A stretch of DNA of 64,000 nucleotides from Paraspadella gotoi (lineage: Eukaryota > Animalia > Chaetognatha): the NCBI GenBank assembly GCA_051294375.1, contig CM119269.1, forward strand, positions 7,933,225-7,997,224. The letters are read 5' to 3'. Within the stretch, counting starts at the first letter, position 1, and every line of letters begins with the position of its first letter. Position numbers and translations under genes: made by a program. This document shows, piece by piece, positions 10,745 through 24,600 of this stretch. A model generated the notes under the pieces. It did no database searches, had not been told where the DNA came from, and saw only the letters and a program-made list of their open reading frames with translations.

Positions 10745-12120
10745 GGAGTATTAGTATTTTTTTAAAGGCGTATGATAATGCGTGAGATAGTTTTAGAAAA
10801 TGATAATTCATAAATTAATTTATAAGCCAGAAAGAGGCTTGTTGAATCGTGCATAAATTACAAGCGTTTTATTTATTATTGTGAATGTATTCGAGTTGTT
10901 TTTTGTGAAACCAATAATTAGAATAATCTTTACCCTAGGTTACATTGCTTTATATATTATCACATTTAGTAGATTTCAATAGCTCAGGAATCAATCGAGT
11001 CAATCAATCGATAAGGGTTTTTTAAGCCATAAAATTTTCAGTTCTGAATCCTGGTAAAGAAAATATCATTCAATCATAGCAATTAAATCATTTCATTTGC
11101 TAATAGGCCGTATATGGAATTGTTCAACTACCTATTAGGGCCAAAATTTGTCACTTTTTTTTCATTAAGAGTTCTGTAATACTAAATTTATTTGTCCATC
11201 ATATACTTATTATTCAATCAATATTTATTATCACTTTTTAAATTAGTGAAAGACAGTATAACATTGACGCATTTATATATTTATAGATAAGGCAATAAAA
11301 AAGTTTTAAAATTTTATTTTTTAAGAACGGATTCAGCTAGTACATAACAATTTGTCCTTACAAAGTATAATTCGTTTTTTCAATATTTTGATGATAAGTA
11401 GGTTAAAGAGGGGAAAAATACTTAAAAATCATCATCATCATTATTGTATTATAATCTTTATAATTTTTGTTAATTTTAATTAATAAAACTATAGAATTTG
11501 AAAATCTTATAATAATATTTTACCAGAATCCGTTTTTATAAATTCTGAATTAAAAATTATTTTATGATTTGTAGTAATGCGATAGACTTTAAATGCTTTT
11601 ATATCATTAATTATACATACAATTTTAATTTTTTTCCAAAATTTTATTGTCCCTTAGGGATATTCTTACTTTTTTTTATATTACAGAACTCTTAGTTTAT
11701 ACCTTGTTCCGCCTTACTACATATGCTTGGGAAAGAACATAACCATTAACCAAACCAGGAACATAATCACTTGACGATAAGAACCGAAACCCGTTGACTC
11801 AACCTTATTTTTCTCTTTCGAAAAGCAGCTAATTCCGGTTAGTTTTCTCGCTATGAATTATCGAATTATATCCGACCGGACGTTTTTTCAGAACCAGACT
11901 GACCCCTGATTTTTTTACCCCGGAAAAAAAAAAAAAAATCAAATAAATGATGAACAATAAACGAAAACTGTGTAAATTAAGAATTTTTTTGTAATTCTTG
12001 GAAAAACATTCACGATAGAAAATGTCCGGAAATCCGTTCGAAGAGATTCCGCTTCAAGGTAGGTAAAGACGAGCATAGGCAACAAGTACAGAGGGCTTCA
12101 TATTATAAAATGTGGTACCC

Positions 12121-12826
12121 TTTTTTTTGACCAGAACACGTTCCGAGAAAACTACTGAATAGAATTTAATGAAATTTAGCATGCGGAGTACTAGTAGTGA
12201 TACAAAAGGAACCATCGAGGCGAATTTTTACATTCCACCCCTAAGCGGAGATAGTGGAGTCTTAAGTCATAAGGGACTTAAGAGTCATAAAAGACTGACT
12301 CCATATAAGGGGCCCTGAGGGGGCACAAATGATCAATAATTTTTTTCTAATTTTTTCATTATTTTTGTTTTAAACAGTTGCACAGACGTTTACTCATCCA
12401 CAAAAACGTATTTATTACCTCAAAAATATTCAATTACCTTAATTTTCATCTTCATGAACATCAGCTGTTCAAGTCAGATTTGGAATAATTTGGAAAAATT
12501 GGAAGTAAAACGATGAACCATGCATCTTCAACCATGCTTAATTATTGCAAATTTATCAATTTTAGTTCTAAAATGTTTTTTTCTTATGTTTAAAACGTCA
12601 ATGCACCTGATGTTACTAAAAAATTTTGAAAAATGGGAAAACAATTTTTTGTATTTTTTGGCCCCCCAGGGGTCCACCCCCAGGGCCCTGTATCTCTTGT
12701 CAGAGGTTGAATACCAAAATTCGCCTTTATAGTTCCATTTATATAGTCATTAGCACTCTAAATGTAAAATTTCATTAAATTTGAATGGGTAGTTTGGTGG
12801 GAACAGATTCTGGTCACAAAAAAACA
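12121..12826. mobile_element. Palindromic MITE-like element with long imperfect TIRs
   Basis: tttttgaccagaa...gaatttaatgaaattt...ggaacc..aggcgaatttt (12121-12230) is mirrored by aaaattcgcct..agttcc...aaatttcattaaatt...ttctggtcacaaaaaa (12716-12826). Confidence 0.65.
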
Positions 12827-13639
12827 TCAAAAAAGAATGTAAAAATATTTTTAAAAATCGTAGTAATTATAATAATCATGTTAAAGCGATAAACTTTTGT
12901 TCTGTGATATAAATCTGCTTCGCTATTTGACTGATGATAAAACTTGGATCGAAAAGAAATCTTTTTTTTTGGTTCCTCACTTCTGCCGCGTGATTGGTCC
13001 AATTAAATGACGAATTTAATGACTTTACGGAAAAAAAGTAGGAAGCTTCTCACGAATGCACGAAAACAGATTTTTTTTCTGTTTTAATTTTTGTTGGTTA
13101 GTTTACATTCGACCCGTCTAATATACAGGGTAGTGAATCAAAACTTAGAATAGTTTTTACCATAAGATTTTATAGGCAAAAAGTTATTGATTGTTTTTTT
13201 ATAATACACTAAAATAATCACTGACGTTTTCTCTTTCTGATATAGGTTTTATTTTTTTTATGCTTTTACAATACGCTGCGCTACTAAAAAGAATACAACA
13301 TTGGTCGAATTTTTTTTAATTTTTTTTTTATATTAATTAGTCGAATTTGCTCTGCGCCGGTTTAGAGCTTAAAACTACTACTAAATATGTTAATGTTCCC
13401 TAGTAGTATGTTATATTATTAAGAAGTCTATTAAGAATAGGAATAACTACTATTCTAAGTCGGGAAACCGTGAGCTCAAGCCCGAGTTGATTAGAGCCAT
13501 TTATAAGGATGCTGCAGATAACAATTGTAGCATACCCAAAACCAACAATATGCAAGCTTGTAGGTCATTTCTATGCTAAAAGAAAAATTCTGAAGAAAGA
13601 AAATGAAGAACTCCATTTAGAAATATTTACTGGGACATC

Positions 13640-14060
13640 TTATCTTTACTATCCTATTAATTGACGCAGTTTAACAAGACCTATTTTAACCTTAATTAAT
13701 GAAAGCAATTTTATGATGCTGTAAATATTTTTTTTTTCTTAAGTTCACACTGTATCAGCCACTCTGGTTGAGTACCATCTCTGTGAGCTTATGAAATCAT
13801 TAACTGATGTAGTTGGGAATCTCTGTGTAAAATATCAAGTAAATCGCTTAATGTAATCTACAGCAGCATCAGATGAAAGAAAAATACTTCCTTATATTTT
13901 TGCTACTGGGCAAAAATCCATTGCTGCAGTCTACTATATTGTTCTCAGATTCTAATTCTTGACAGGTATAAAGAGCCAATACTCTTGGTATTATTATGCA
14001 ATATGCATAGCTGTAACAAAAGGCATTGTTGTACACAGCTGCAACAACATTTTAATTTTT
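13640..14060 (-). mobile_element. Possible highly decayed DNA-transposase (hAT-like) relic
   Basis: Composition differs from the flanks. Broken minus-strand peptides (DSQLHQLMIS.AHRDGTQPEWL, KKYLQHHKI) loosely recall hAT N-F-x-x-L-L...W-L and Y-x-S-x-x-I-Q-N-E motifs. Weak evidence. Confidence 0.25.
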
Positions 14061-14566
14061 GATTAAATGATTTTCGGGCTTGATAATATCAACATCTAAT
14101 TCCCCTAAACTGTGCTAAGTAAGGTGTTTTAAAGGGGGAGACCCATATGACTTTCAAACCAAAATGCCAATGGCGTCGGCCGTAGGGTAAACCGTCTACG
14201 AGCTGTAGCTCAATCTTTCAGAAGCATTTATGAAGAGCAGCTGTTATTCTTTTGGTTGCTGTGGCAGGAGTGGTTTTTGCCGCAGTGCTTATCGAATTGC
14301 TTTAATAGTTAGAACAAGGTCTGGTTAAGTATCTTCAATTAAAATTTTTCTTTTTAATGCACCCGATGCGTCACAAAATAAAAGAAAGATGAAGTGATAC
14401 GGATTTTCTAAGTTTTGATTCACTACCCTGTATTTAAAACGCAACTGTCGTCAAACTACTTTTATGCACTTTATGCACTTTTTCCCCCCAAATCCGACGC
14501 CTTTTTGAAGAAGAGATGCCGACTTTGCCGACGTCGCCATCGACGCAGCCTACAACCACAACGACA

Positions 14567-16332
14567 ATGCCGCCTGTGCCCCCGTGGCGTCCTCGATCCT
14601 GCATCATTCTCATCGGCACAACGAATCGCGGAAAGACAACGACGATGAACGTTTACACCGGAAACGCTGCTGCAGCCCGCGGCGGCAGCGCAGCAACGAC
14701 GACGACGACCAAGATCTACCGTGACTCGCTGCCGGAACACCGCGTCGTCAGAAAGAACGTCAATTGCCGGTGCTGCGTCGGAGGTGACGTCGACGACGAA
14801 GTTGCCGAGTGAGGAAGCCTTCGTAATTGAGTTTTTTTTATTTTTTTAAACTATGTTAGTAAACTGTACATATTTATCGACTATATTATCCCTGATGTCT
14901 TTCCTTATTTTCAGTTATCCTGTTTGGATGGATACCATCGGTTTACACGAAGCGGGTGCGGACGCGACTCGGGAAGAACTCGTCAAAGATTATCTCAAAG
15001 TTTTATTCAAGAGTCGGTAATGGAAATATCACTACGTCAGACGTCATGAAAACTTTGAAATATTTTCTCGACTTTGCTAAAAAAATGCCTTTCGTTACAA
15101 ATTATGAAATGTTTTTATTTGATTGTTTGGATAGATTTGCTTAATCGATTTGATGGATTGATTGGTTGATTTCATTGACTAATTGATTGATTGTAACTCA
15201 CTTTTCCCAGTATCGAATACGTTCACGCCGTGATATGGTGCATAGAGCCTGAGGAGGCAAGAACTACTTTGCTGCAAGAAGAAGCAGAAGTCATCAAATT
15301 GCTCGTTGGCAATTGCGATGCAGATGGCGGAATTGGCGGTAACATAATTCTGCTCGTCAAAAGGCCTTACGACGATCCGCTTGGACCCAAGTCGCCGGAC
15401 ATTCAGGTTTAGACAATTTGTTAATACATGATAAATTGTATTACTCCTCACGTCAATCATTTCCTTTTCATTAACATACGAACACTCGTACAAGTCCTCT
15501 TTCAGTCATACTTAATTAATTATACTCGATTATACTGTTATAAATCGCCGAACTTCCTCTAACAAATTCACTAAATTTGTATATTTAAGGGTGCATTAGC
15601 GTGCTTAGATGGATGGCGATCCACAGTCCACATCGAGGGTTATTACCTCCACATTGACGAAACGAAGGCCAAAAGACCGGGACAGATTTCTATCGCTGAA
15701 GCCAGATCGAGGTTGAACGACATCTTTTGCAGAATTGCGCATCCGCTCAAAGTAAGTGCCGAGCGAGGCGAGTAACAATATGTCAGAGAAGATTTAAGCA
15801 AAGAATGTCTGAAAAAGTGACTGTAAAATCTTTTTACCCTTTGACCTCAGCTGAAGTGGGAATACCGGATCTGCCTCGACTGCGGTCAGATGGGCGACTG
15901 GAGGATGTTCGACAACGTTTGTCATTTGCAACCCGAACGAGTGGAGAGGTTCGAAGGTTGTCTAGCAAAATTCCACAGCACTGTCTGCTTTTGTTGCGGT
16001 TGGAAGAAAACAATTTGCTCCCATTGCAAACAGCTCTGGCCTAAGTAATTCGTGATTGTCGAATTTTTTGCTTATTTTAAAATTAAAATGAAAAAAAGAA
16101 ATGTGTTGCAGCAACATTTATTAATTTTAACGCTTTATCACTCTTGATTCTTGGCAGGGAAAACCGCCGAGGAATATCGGTCCGGAGCCGACCCTGCGTT
16201 CAAATCAGTGACTTCGACAAAGTGAGGCATCCCTTTGTCCGCTGTCCCGTCGACAAGACTCACAACTTGCGTGCAATGGATGATAAACTCAGACGAAAAT
16301 TCGAAAAAAAATTCAGAAAAAGTGAAACCTGA
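14567..16332 (+). CDS. P-loop GTPase (TRAFAC, AIG1/GIMAP- or MMR1-like G domain) with Cys/His-rich C-terminal region, 6 exons
   Basis: Phase-consistent exons 14567-14808 (alternative ATG 14516), 14915-15016, 15211-15406, 15590-15751, 15851-16044, 16158-16332. G1 IILIGTTNRGKTT, G3 WMDTIG, VHAVIWC strand, then CLDC..CH..CFCC..CSHC. Confidence 0.8.
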
Positions 16333-16409
16333 ATCTCGGATCCAGAGTCACGAGTCTCGTAAGAGAAAGGAATGTCTGTTTGTTTCTACTGTGGCTGTAC
16401 TGTGTACTA

Positions 16410-16926
16410 AGGCGTAGTGAAAGTTACATACGAAAATTCTTAAAAGTTATTATGAACAACATACCATCAGTGAGCATTAATTTGTAAAAAAAATAATTTT
16501 ATGCTTTTTAATTTTCGCAGTAGGCTATATTTATATATAGTACTATCCTTATAAAATCGAAAAATTTCAAAATAGGCTTTTTTTAATTTTGATTGCAGAT
16601 TTGAATTCCTCGTCAAAAGTTGATAAAAGAAAATATAAATCATTTTTTCAAATTTTTGACCCACTTAATGAAGGAATTTTTCAAAAAGAGTTATATTTCT
16701 TTTTATCAACTTTTTATGACGAATCCAAATCTGTAAAAAAATCTTAGAAAAACTGTTTTGAAATTTTAACATTTATTGGTTTAGTACTAGTATAAATATG
16801 GCCTACTGCGTAAATTGTAAAATTTATTATAAATTCTTTTATTATATAAATGTTCATTAGTATAATGTTGTTCGTTCCTACTTTTAGAATTTAATTAAAG
16901 TTAAATTTAGGAATTTTACTATGCCT
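16410..16926. mobile_element. Palindromic Tc1/mariner-type MITE
   Basis: TIRs aggcgtagtgaaa / ttttactatgcct flanked by TA on both sides (16408-9, 16927-8). The two halves are an extended imperfect inverted repeat. It is inserted into a ctgtgtac/ctgtggct short repeat downstream of the GTPase gene. Confidence 0.75.
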
Positions 16927-17766
16927 TACTGTGTACTGTGTACTGTGGCTGTAATGTGTACTGTGGCTGTTTGTTTCTACTGTTTCTACTGTCGCCTGTA
17001 TATTCAAACCGCCTCACATCCACTATCGTTCAGCCAATCCCATTTGCTCAGAGGGGGAACGCTCCTTCACAATCGTTACGTTCCTCCCACTGTCCTACCG
17101 AGGACCTTCTGCGTTAGCAAAGCAAGACAGTCCTAGGTAAACCGCGCCAGTGACTAAAGCCAACAGTGAGAATGGGAATCCCAAATCGATTTATACAATG
17201 GGATCTGATCCGAGCATGATAAAGATAATTCTAATTATTTTTTTCATTTACAAAAATGCAATTTTGACCTTCCTTTTTATCTCTTTTTTTTAGGTCATCC
17301 TGTAATGAGAATATCACTTTTTCCTTCGCTTATCAGATTTAGTCAAAAATTTATTTGCTCATTAATTGTATTCCGAATTTGAATGATTCTACATTTTTAA
17401 CTCGTATTTGTTGCTTGCAATGCTTCTCAATTTAATTTTTTATGATGATCATCGTTCTACGCAACTGTGCTGTCACTACATATTTTATTGGTTTTTTCTT
17501 GTTTTTAATTATTTAATTTATTACGAATTAATTAAAATTATAATCGATTGGAGTCATTAAATTTTAAATTTAATGATCTAAACTGAAAACGAACGCTGAC
17601 TTAAACGTTATTCGTTACTGTTGGAGAAATGTGTTATTTATCCGACGGACGAGTTTGATTTTGAATAAAAGAACATCAAAAAGGAATATTAGAGAATTAG
17701 AAATTTAGAGAAGCGAAACAAAGTAAAAACTCAGAGTTCTGTAATACGAATTTATAATTTTTAGAG

Positions 17767-17956
17767 TATGGTGGACTAAAATCCGCCAACCGTTCATCAG
17801 CGGCCATTGGTGCCGGAGGCAAGTCATTCGCCTCCCGGTGGTCGCCTATCAGTTAAGAGGGACGGGGCGCTTAACTCGCCTGCAACACGAAGCTCAGGAA
17901 CTGCTTATATTGAACGGTTCTATCACTAACACTTAACAATTATTACTGTCTCTTCA
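17767..17956 (+). mobile_element. Solo LTR (internally deleted) of the tRNA-containing mini LTR element
   Basis: TATGGTGGAC...CTGTCTCTTCA flanked by AGAG on both sides (17763-17766, 17957-17960). Lacks the T-arm segment and the central hairpin. Confidence 0.88.
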
Positions 17957-18486
17957 AGAGACGCATTCTGATGAAGATTGGAAAATTACAAAAAATTCAA
18001 ATTCTTATGTTTTATCCGTTAAAATTAGCAAAAGCCATAAATATTTGGATATGATGATGATAATTTTTAAGGGTTCCTACCATTTTTAACCCACTATTAA
18101 TCAAAATAAAAATAAATAAAAAAATAAAAAAAATAAATTATACTTTTTATGAGCTATATAAAACAGTTTTTAAAAAATAAAATATAAAAAAAATGTTTTT
18201 CATTGCTTGCGCATTGATAAATATTTAAATGCTTCGATGTTAAAAAAAAGAAATTAAAAAGAAATTTAAGAAAGAAATTATACTTTTGATGGGCTATCTG
18301 AAACCATTCTTAAAAAATAAAATATAAAAAAAAATATTTTTCATTGCCTATGCATTAATGAATATTTAAATGCTTCAATGTTGTACTATGCTTCAGTGCT
18401 TCACTATTTTTTAAAATTGATAGTAAAAATCGATTAGATTTATAAAGGAAAAATCTTAAAAGCAATAGGGATCGAGCCTGCTTTTG

Positions 18487-18645
18487 ATGATAACCAAATA
18501 TTGATGCGATGAATACCAAATATTGATGCGATGATAACCAAATATTGATGCGATGATAATCGAAGGATTGATGCGATGATAACCAAATGATGGATGCGAT
18601 GATAGTCATTCATTGATGCAATGCTAGTCATTCATTGACGTGATG
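18487..18645. repeat. 22-bp minisatellite
   Basis: About 7 head-to-tail copies of gatgataaccaaatattgatgc, with no spacers. Confidence 0.85.
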
Positions 18646-19192
18646 AGTTAATTAGAGAGAGAGAAAGAGAGAGAAGAGAGAGAGAGTTGATTGAGAGAGA
18701 AATATAGAGAGAATAATAAAATAATATAAAATTTTTAGAAGGAAAAAAATAAAATCCACAAAATCTCGGAAATAAATTTGGGATTTTGTATTAAGAAAAA
18801 AGTGGCGTGATAAAAATAAAATTGTTTTATTAGAGTGTGATTAAGCATCAATTAACTTTCTATTTTTTTTTCAATTGAAATAAGACTGAAGTCTTTTGTT
18901 CATCTAGTTCAAAATAAGGTTGAAAACCTTATTTTTTTGCATATTATTGAAAATGAATGAGATTGATATTGATTGTATGAAATGAAAACGCGTCGCTATA
19001 AAGCTAAACTATTTTCAATAATAAGGTCAAAAAATTATAATCTCTATTAACAAAATATATAGTTGACAATAATCAGTTAACGACTATGATATTTTTGACT
19101 TATATACTTATTAAATAAATTTTATTTCCTCATCTTAAAAAATTTTAATCTTGAATGAAATTTTTATTGTTACATTTTTTATATTATACAGA

Positions 19193-19379
19193 ATGGTACA
19201 ACCAATATAAAAATTATCCATTCATTTAATTCATTTGGACACAGGCTTTGGTGGTTTAAGGCCTCCATCACTCTTACAAGATAATGACATAGCAGGTCCC
19301 TGCAAGCTTTCAATCAAGACTCTCTCACAGTCTCGTTTATTCACTCCCAGAGTACCTGGCTTCCCTATCAATGAAGTGG
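19193..19379 (-). mobile_element. Repeat family A, long copy
   Basis: Closely matches 1655-1852. Confidence 0.75.
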
Positions 19380-21628
19380 AAAATATTTCAAAGAATGTTT
19401 TAATTATAAAAGACCACTCCCTTTATTATTTATATTAATCCGCGCAATTCCCAGATTATATATGCAGGTATCGCCTACCTGTCACACAAGTTGATGTACA
19501 TGTGACATTGCCTGCATTATAAGTTATTCATCCCTTTTTCTAAAATGAATTCACGAAAATCTCGGATGTAAATTTGGGATTTGTATTGAGAAAAAAAAAT
19601 AAATGGCGATAATAAAAGTTTTTAGAAGGAAAGAAATAATAAGAATTTTTCAAAAAGAACGATCACGCAAGAGATCGTACAGAGAGAGACAGACGCACAC
19701 AGAGAGAGACAGAGAGAGACTGAGAGAGAGAGCCTGAACTCGTTTTTAAACAATTCAGAAAAGGCAGCGCCTGAAAAAAAATATAATTAAAAATAAATAA
19801 AAGAAGGCAAAGAATGTTACAATGGTTTACTAATTTATAAATATTTATCCAACTCAAATAATTATTATTTAAAAAAAGGATAAAATGATTAAATATATAC
19901 ACTAAAAAAATTTACAAATTTAAAATTGTAAAAATTATCAGAATAACAAAAAAAGTAATGTTTAATTTGACTATATCTCTCTTCTCACTCCTATTTTAGA
20001 TATAATTTGCCAATAGTGGGCCGACCGTTCAAAGTTACAATAATAAATAAACAAAAACAAAAAAAAATTATTTTTTGAAAAGTATACATGCAATTAAATT
20101 AATCCGCGCAATGCCGGAACATATAGAGGTATTTGTACAGCAGCAATCTGATGTACATGTGACATTGCTTGCATTATAAGTTATTCTTCCCTTTTTCTAA
20201 TATGAAGATATATATATATATATAGAGAGAGAGAGAGGAAAGATAGAGAGAGAGAGAGAGAGCCGGAACTCGTTTAATCGTTTACTCGTCGCCCAGTGAC
20301 GGTGGTGAAAAAAAAAGTGACTAAAAAATTATTTTTGTAAAAAAAAGAGATAGAAAGAGAGAGAGAGAGAGAGAGAAGAAGAGAGAAGAGATAGAGAGAA
20401 GAAGAGAGAGAGAGAGAGAGGAAAGAGAGAGAGAGAGAGCGCGAACTCGTTTACTCGTTTACTCGTCGCCTTGTGACGGTGTGAAAAAAAAGTGAAAAAA
20501 TTTTTGTTTGTGTAAAAAAAAAAAGAAAGAGAGAGAGAGAAGAGAAAGTTTTCCCGCCAACGATACGCAATATTAGGTCACTCTCGTTTATCATCGGTAT
20601 CTGTCAAGTTGATTTTTTTTATACACGTAACGTTTCCTTGCCATCAAAACGCGTTATTAGGGTCATGTTCCTCGACATTGTTTACTCGTTGCCCTGCAAC
20701 GGCCACGAAATCCAGGTCAGTAAGATATTCTTCATATTTTCTCAAAAAATCAAACGAAATCTCAGATGTAAATTTGGGAAATAAGCGCGGAATAAATGGC
20801 GATAATAAAAGTTAGAAGGAAAAAAATAATCAGAATTTTTCAAAAAAGAACGATTACGCAAGACTCGTCTTTTCTAAAAAGAGAGAGACAGACGCACACA
20901 AAGAGAGACAGAGAGAGACTGAACTCGTTTTTAAACGATTCAGAAAAGGCAGCGCCTGAAAAAAAATATATATAATTAAAAAATAAATAAAAGAAAGGCA
21001 AAAAATGTTCAATGGTTTACAATTGGAAATTTTTTCCAATTTTTTCCAATCGCAGCTTGTAAAAGATTTTATTTTTTTATTTTAAAATTAAGATATATCT
21101 TCTCATTAAAAAGTTATTTTGAGTTCCCATTTTTTTATAGATTTAAAAATTTTTTTTGAATTTCATCTTCAATATTATATATACTGCAATATGTAAATTA
21201 GATTAAAGCATTTCTATATACTAATTTGGATATTATAATGAGTACTATAATCTCATTTGCATATTGCAGTAAATAATAATGAAGTGGAAATTCAAACAAA
21301 AAATACTTAAATCCAAATGTAATACAAAATATCAAAGCTATTTCAAGATGAGAAGCCATATCTAAATTTTTAACTTACTATGATCGCACACTTTTGTAAA
21401 ACTTTATCATAATTCATAATAATTTTTATTTAAAAAAAAACGGTAATTCCAACCAAACCTAAAAAGCTTAGTAGTTTTTATATAAAAATAGCGTGACGCC
21501 GACGGACGACGACGACGACGACGGCCGTCACAAAAGGCATCTTAAAATCCACTAGAGCCTGAACCGGCTTCGCCGGTCATGGCTCGATAAAAAATAATTT
21601 TATGAAATTGGTACAACCAATATAGAAA

Positions 21629-24600
21629 TTATCCATTTCGTCTGAAGTAAATTCTATTCATTTCGTGGTGTTTTGTATTTTAACGGTGCAGAAATTACAA
21701 ATAAACATAAATAAAGTAAAGATAAAAGAATCATTAAATTAAATTTCTTTTTGTTGAAAATTGTCTTGAATTTTTCTCTTTGACCTAAAAAAAATCATTA
21801 TTAACATTATTATTATTATTATTGTTATCTCAAAAGACTTCAAGTACCTGTCGATGAGGGTGACTGTGCAATAGCAGCACAGAGTAAAAAGGGTGAGAAA
21901 AGCGAAACCGCCTCCGGCCAAGTGCATTCCCTTCAATTGGAATCCATCGTTCTCAGGAGGAATCGTCGTCTGGACATATAGATATAAATATAGATAGATA
22001 TATAGATTTAATAAAAATGCGATTTAAACAAAAGTCATTTTCATTAGCCGATAGTCATTGTCACCCTGTGAGAAACACTATTTAGCTTCATAATTTTTTG
22101 ATTTTCAGTTTCGCTGAGTTTTTGGCGCCTCCACGTGGTCATTGCTAACTGTGTTCGCTAGGCTACTGGTTCACTCTCTCCTTCTCGGAGTCCTGGCTAA
22201 GTCATTTCATTCGCCATTCGTTCAATGAAATAACTGTTGCTCAGTAGCATTTGCACAAATTAACACTTTTAGTCGATGAAATTTTCGGTTTATTGCCAAT
22301 AAAGAAAGAATCTTCAATTTAAAGAATTTACGAAAGTCAAACGAAAAATTTTTAAAAATATTTTAAATGTAAAACAACTAAATTACTAAATTGTGGCTTT
22401 AGATTAACTATAAAATCCATCTTAATTAATAACATTTTAATCAGTAAACAGTGACAGTATGAGAAAAAAAGAGCATAAAGAGTGCCGAGGTGAAAGTGAA
22501 TTAAGTCAAAAGCCTGTTTCTAATATTTTTTGAATATATACTCGCAGTCAATTATCTTTCACTTTCTCGCTCGTTATAAATTGAAAACAATAAAGAAATA
22601 TGTCACAGCTGAAACAAGTAACCACAACACAAAAACAGCAGTAGATAACTGCAAGTATAAATTAATAATAGTACTAAAATAAACATTTATCATCACTGCG
22701 TGTAAGAAAAATCTGATTTGAAAAATCAATTCCCAATTAGACAAGTTAAAAGTTTTTATTTTTTTTAAACAATGACATTTTTTTTAATTGAAGGCCAAAA
22801 ACAACAAATTTTTCGGCATATCCAGTTATTATTTAATCATTTCACTAAATTTCATTGCAAATGAGCTAAGTGATATTAAAAGTAACTCTAAGAAAGAAAA
22901 AAAATAGGCCAACTGTATATGTATTAAGTAAAAATATCTTCTATAATTAAAATTTTAAAATATCTTTAAAAATATCTTTAAAAAATAGGCCAACTGTATA
23001 TATAGTAAGTAAAAATATCTTCTATAATTCAAATTTTATTAGTTGGATTTTTTTAGCAATATGTGAGGCGACTAATGTATCAACAGTAGGAAGTTTTATG
23101 ACTTTTAGCTAAAAACAATTTACGCCTTCACTGTTATAAAATTAAAAAAACTATCGCAAAAACTAGTGCAAAAAAGGTTTTAAAAAAGTAACCGCGATTC
23201 TAGGATCATTTGACGTTATACAATCCTAAATGATGTAAAATGTAATACTAATTAATAATTATTTATATTACAGTTGGCCTCTATCGTCACAAAGCCTAGA
23301 CTAACAAATATTTTAAGTTTGTTTAAGCTTATACGTGACTTGACTCTTTATCTCTCTGTTCAAATTAACGATAGTGTTTGTGTCGTGAAGAATCTCCAAC
23401 GTGTGTTCAAGTATCTCATTGTTTTCAGTCTTGTTTCCCTTCCGCCCATTGAGCAGCCGCTTGTGCAGCTGTCTCTGCAACTTTTTAAATCTGAAATCGT
23501 CCAAGGCTTCTGCGTACTCTTCCTCCTTCTCCGTGATCTCGGAAGTTTCCTTCCACTTGCAGCACTTGAAGAGATTCAGTACGGACTGCAAACGCGGGAT
23601 CAGATTGAACGGGGGCGGAATCAGCAGGGACGGATTGCAGTATCTCAATCGGAAAACTGTAAGGTTGAACTTCCATTCCAAATCTGCGTTGGACTGAATG
23701 TCGGAATACGACTGACTCATCATAGCGATCAAGAGATTGAGCAGCAAAACGATCATGATCATGTGATACATCCAGACGATAAAGTAACCGAAAATTTCGG
23801 TGATCAACTGCAGGTTTTTATCGAAAGACTTGGAGAGGCCGTATTCTTCACGAACGGAATCGAAATATTCGTGGGTCATGTTGTGTCGGCGGCAAAGCTT
23901 TTTTCTGATCTCTTCCAACAGATCTCCCGTCACGAGCGTGTTGTTGGTAAATTTTATGTTCGGCATGAAAATCTTGGGCGAATCGATGAACCCGTAGCCG
24001 AAAATGTCCCAGAGAAGGACCTTTATGGTGGACCGAAGCCTGAAGTAACTCGGATCCATTCTTTCGCATTTGGGCAGGCCGCTCAAGGGATCTTCGAGTA
24101 TTTGCCAATCGATTTCCTTGAAATTGCTGTAAAGCATCTGGATTCCGAGAGAGTAGCAAAGGACAAAAACCATGAAAACGACCATCATGTAAGACACGTC
24201 TTTGAAGGTTCGGAGCAAAATGAGCTGAATTGGCCCCAAGACTCGATGAATCTGGCAGATCTGAAGGATTCTCAAAAACGACATTATCGTGGCCACCAAA
24301 AAAGCAATTTCCGAATACTGCATGAAATCCTGCTCCTGATTCCACTGATGTCTGGATATAAGCGTAGCGTTGCAGACTTCAATGTGCTTTCCTCGGATGT
24401 ACAGTTCGAATCCCAGGCCCCAGGTGGCGAAAGACAATATAAACAGAGCCATGTTGACAAAATCGTAAGAGTTCCAAATGTCGTCGAAAAAGAGTTTAGC
24501 ACCGTTTGCCCTGATCATCATGACGATACTTTTCGAGTATCCGATCACGTAGAGAAGGATAAGAAGCTCCACGGCGCTGAGATAGCATCCGTAGATCTCC

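Larger units (their letters stand above)
18457..21593 (+). mobile_element. Helentron/DINE-1-like non-autonomous rolling-circle element with internal tandem blocks
   Basis: 5' subterminal ATCGAGCC (18471-78) is complementary to 3' GGCTCGAT (21581-88). 3' hairpin GAGCCtgaACCGGC-ttc-GCCGGTcatGGCTC, preceded by a (GAC)n microsatellite. Internal direct repeats (~19550-19850 vs ~20750-21020; ~19435-19545 vs ~20098-20205). Confidence 0.55.

Noticed and set aside
18487-18645. Possible CRISPR arrays (also 53422-53553 and 63075-63310)
   Set aside because: Head-to-tail repeats with no unique spacers, no cas genes, and a eukaryotic context.
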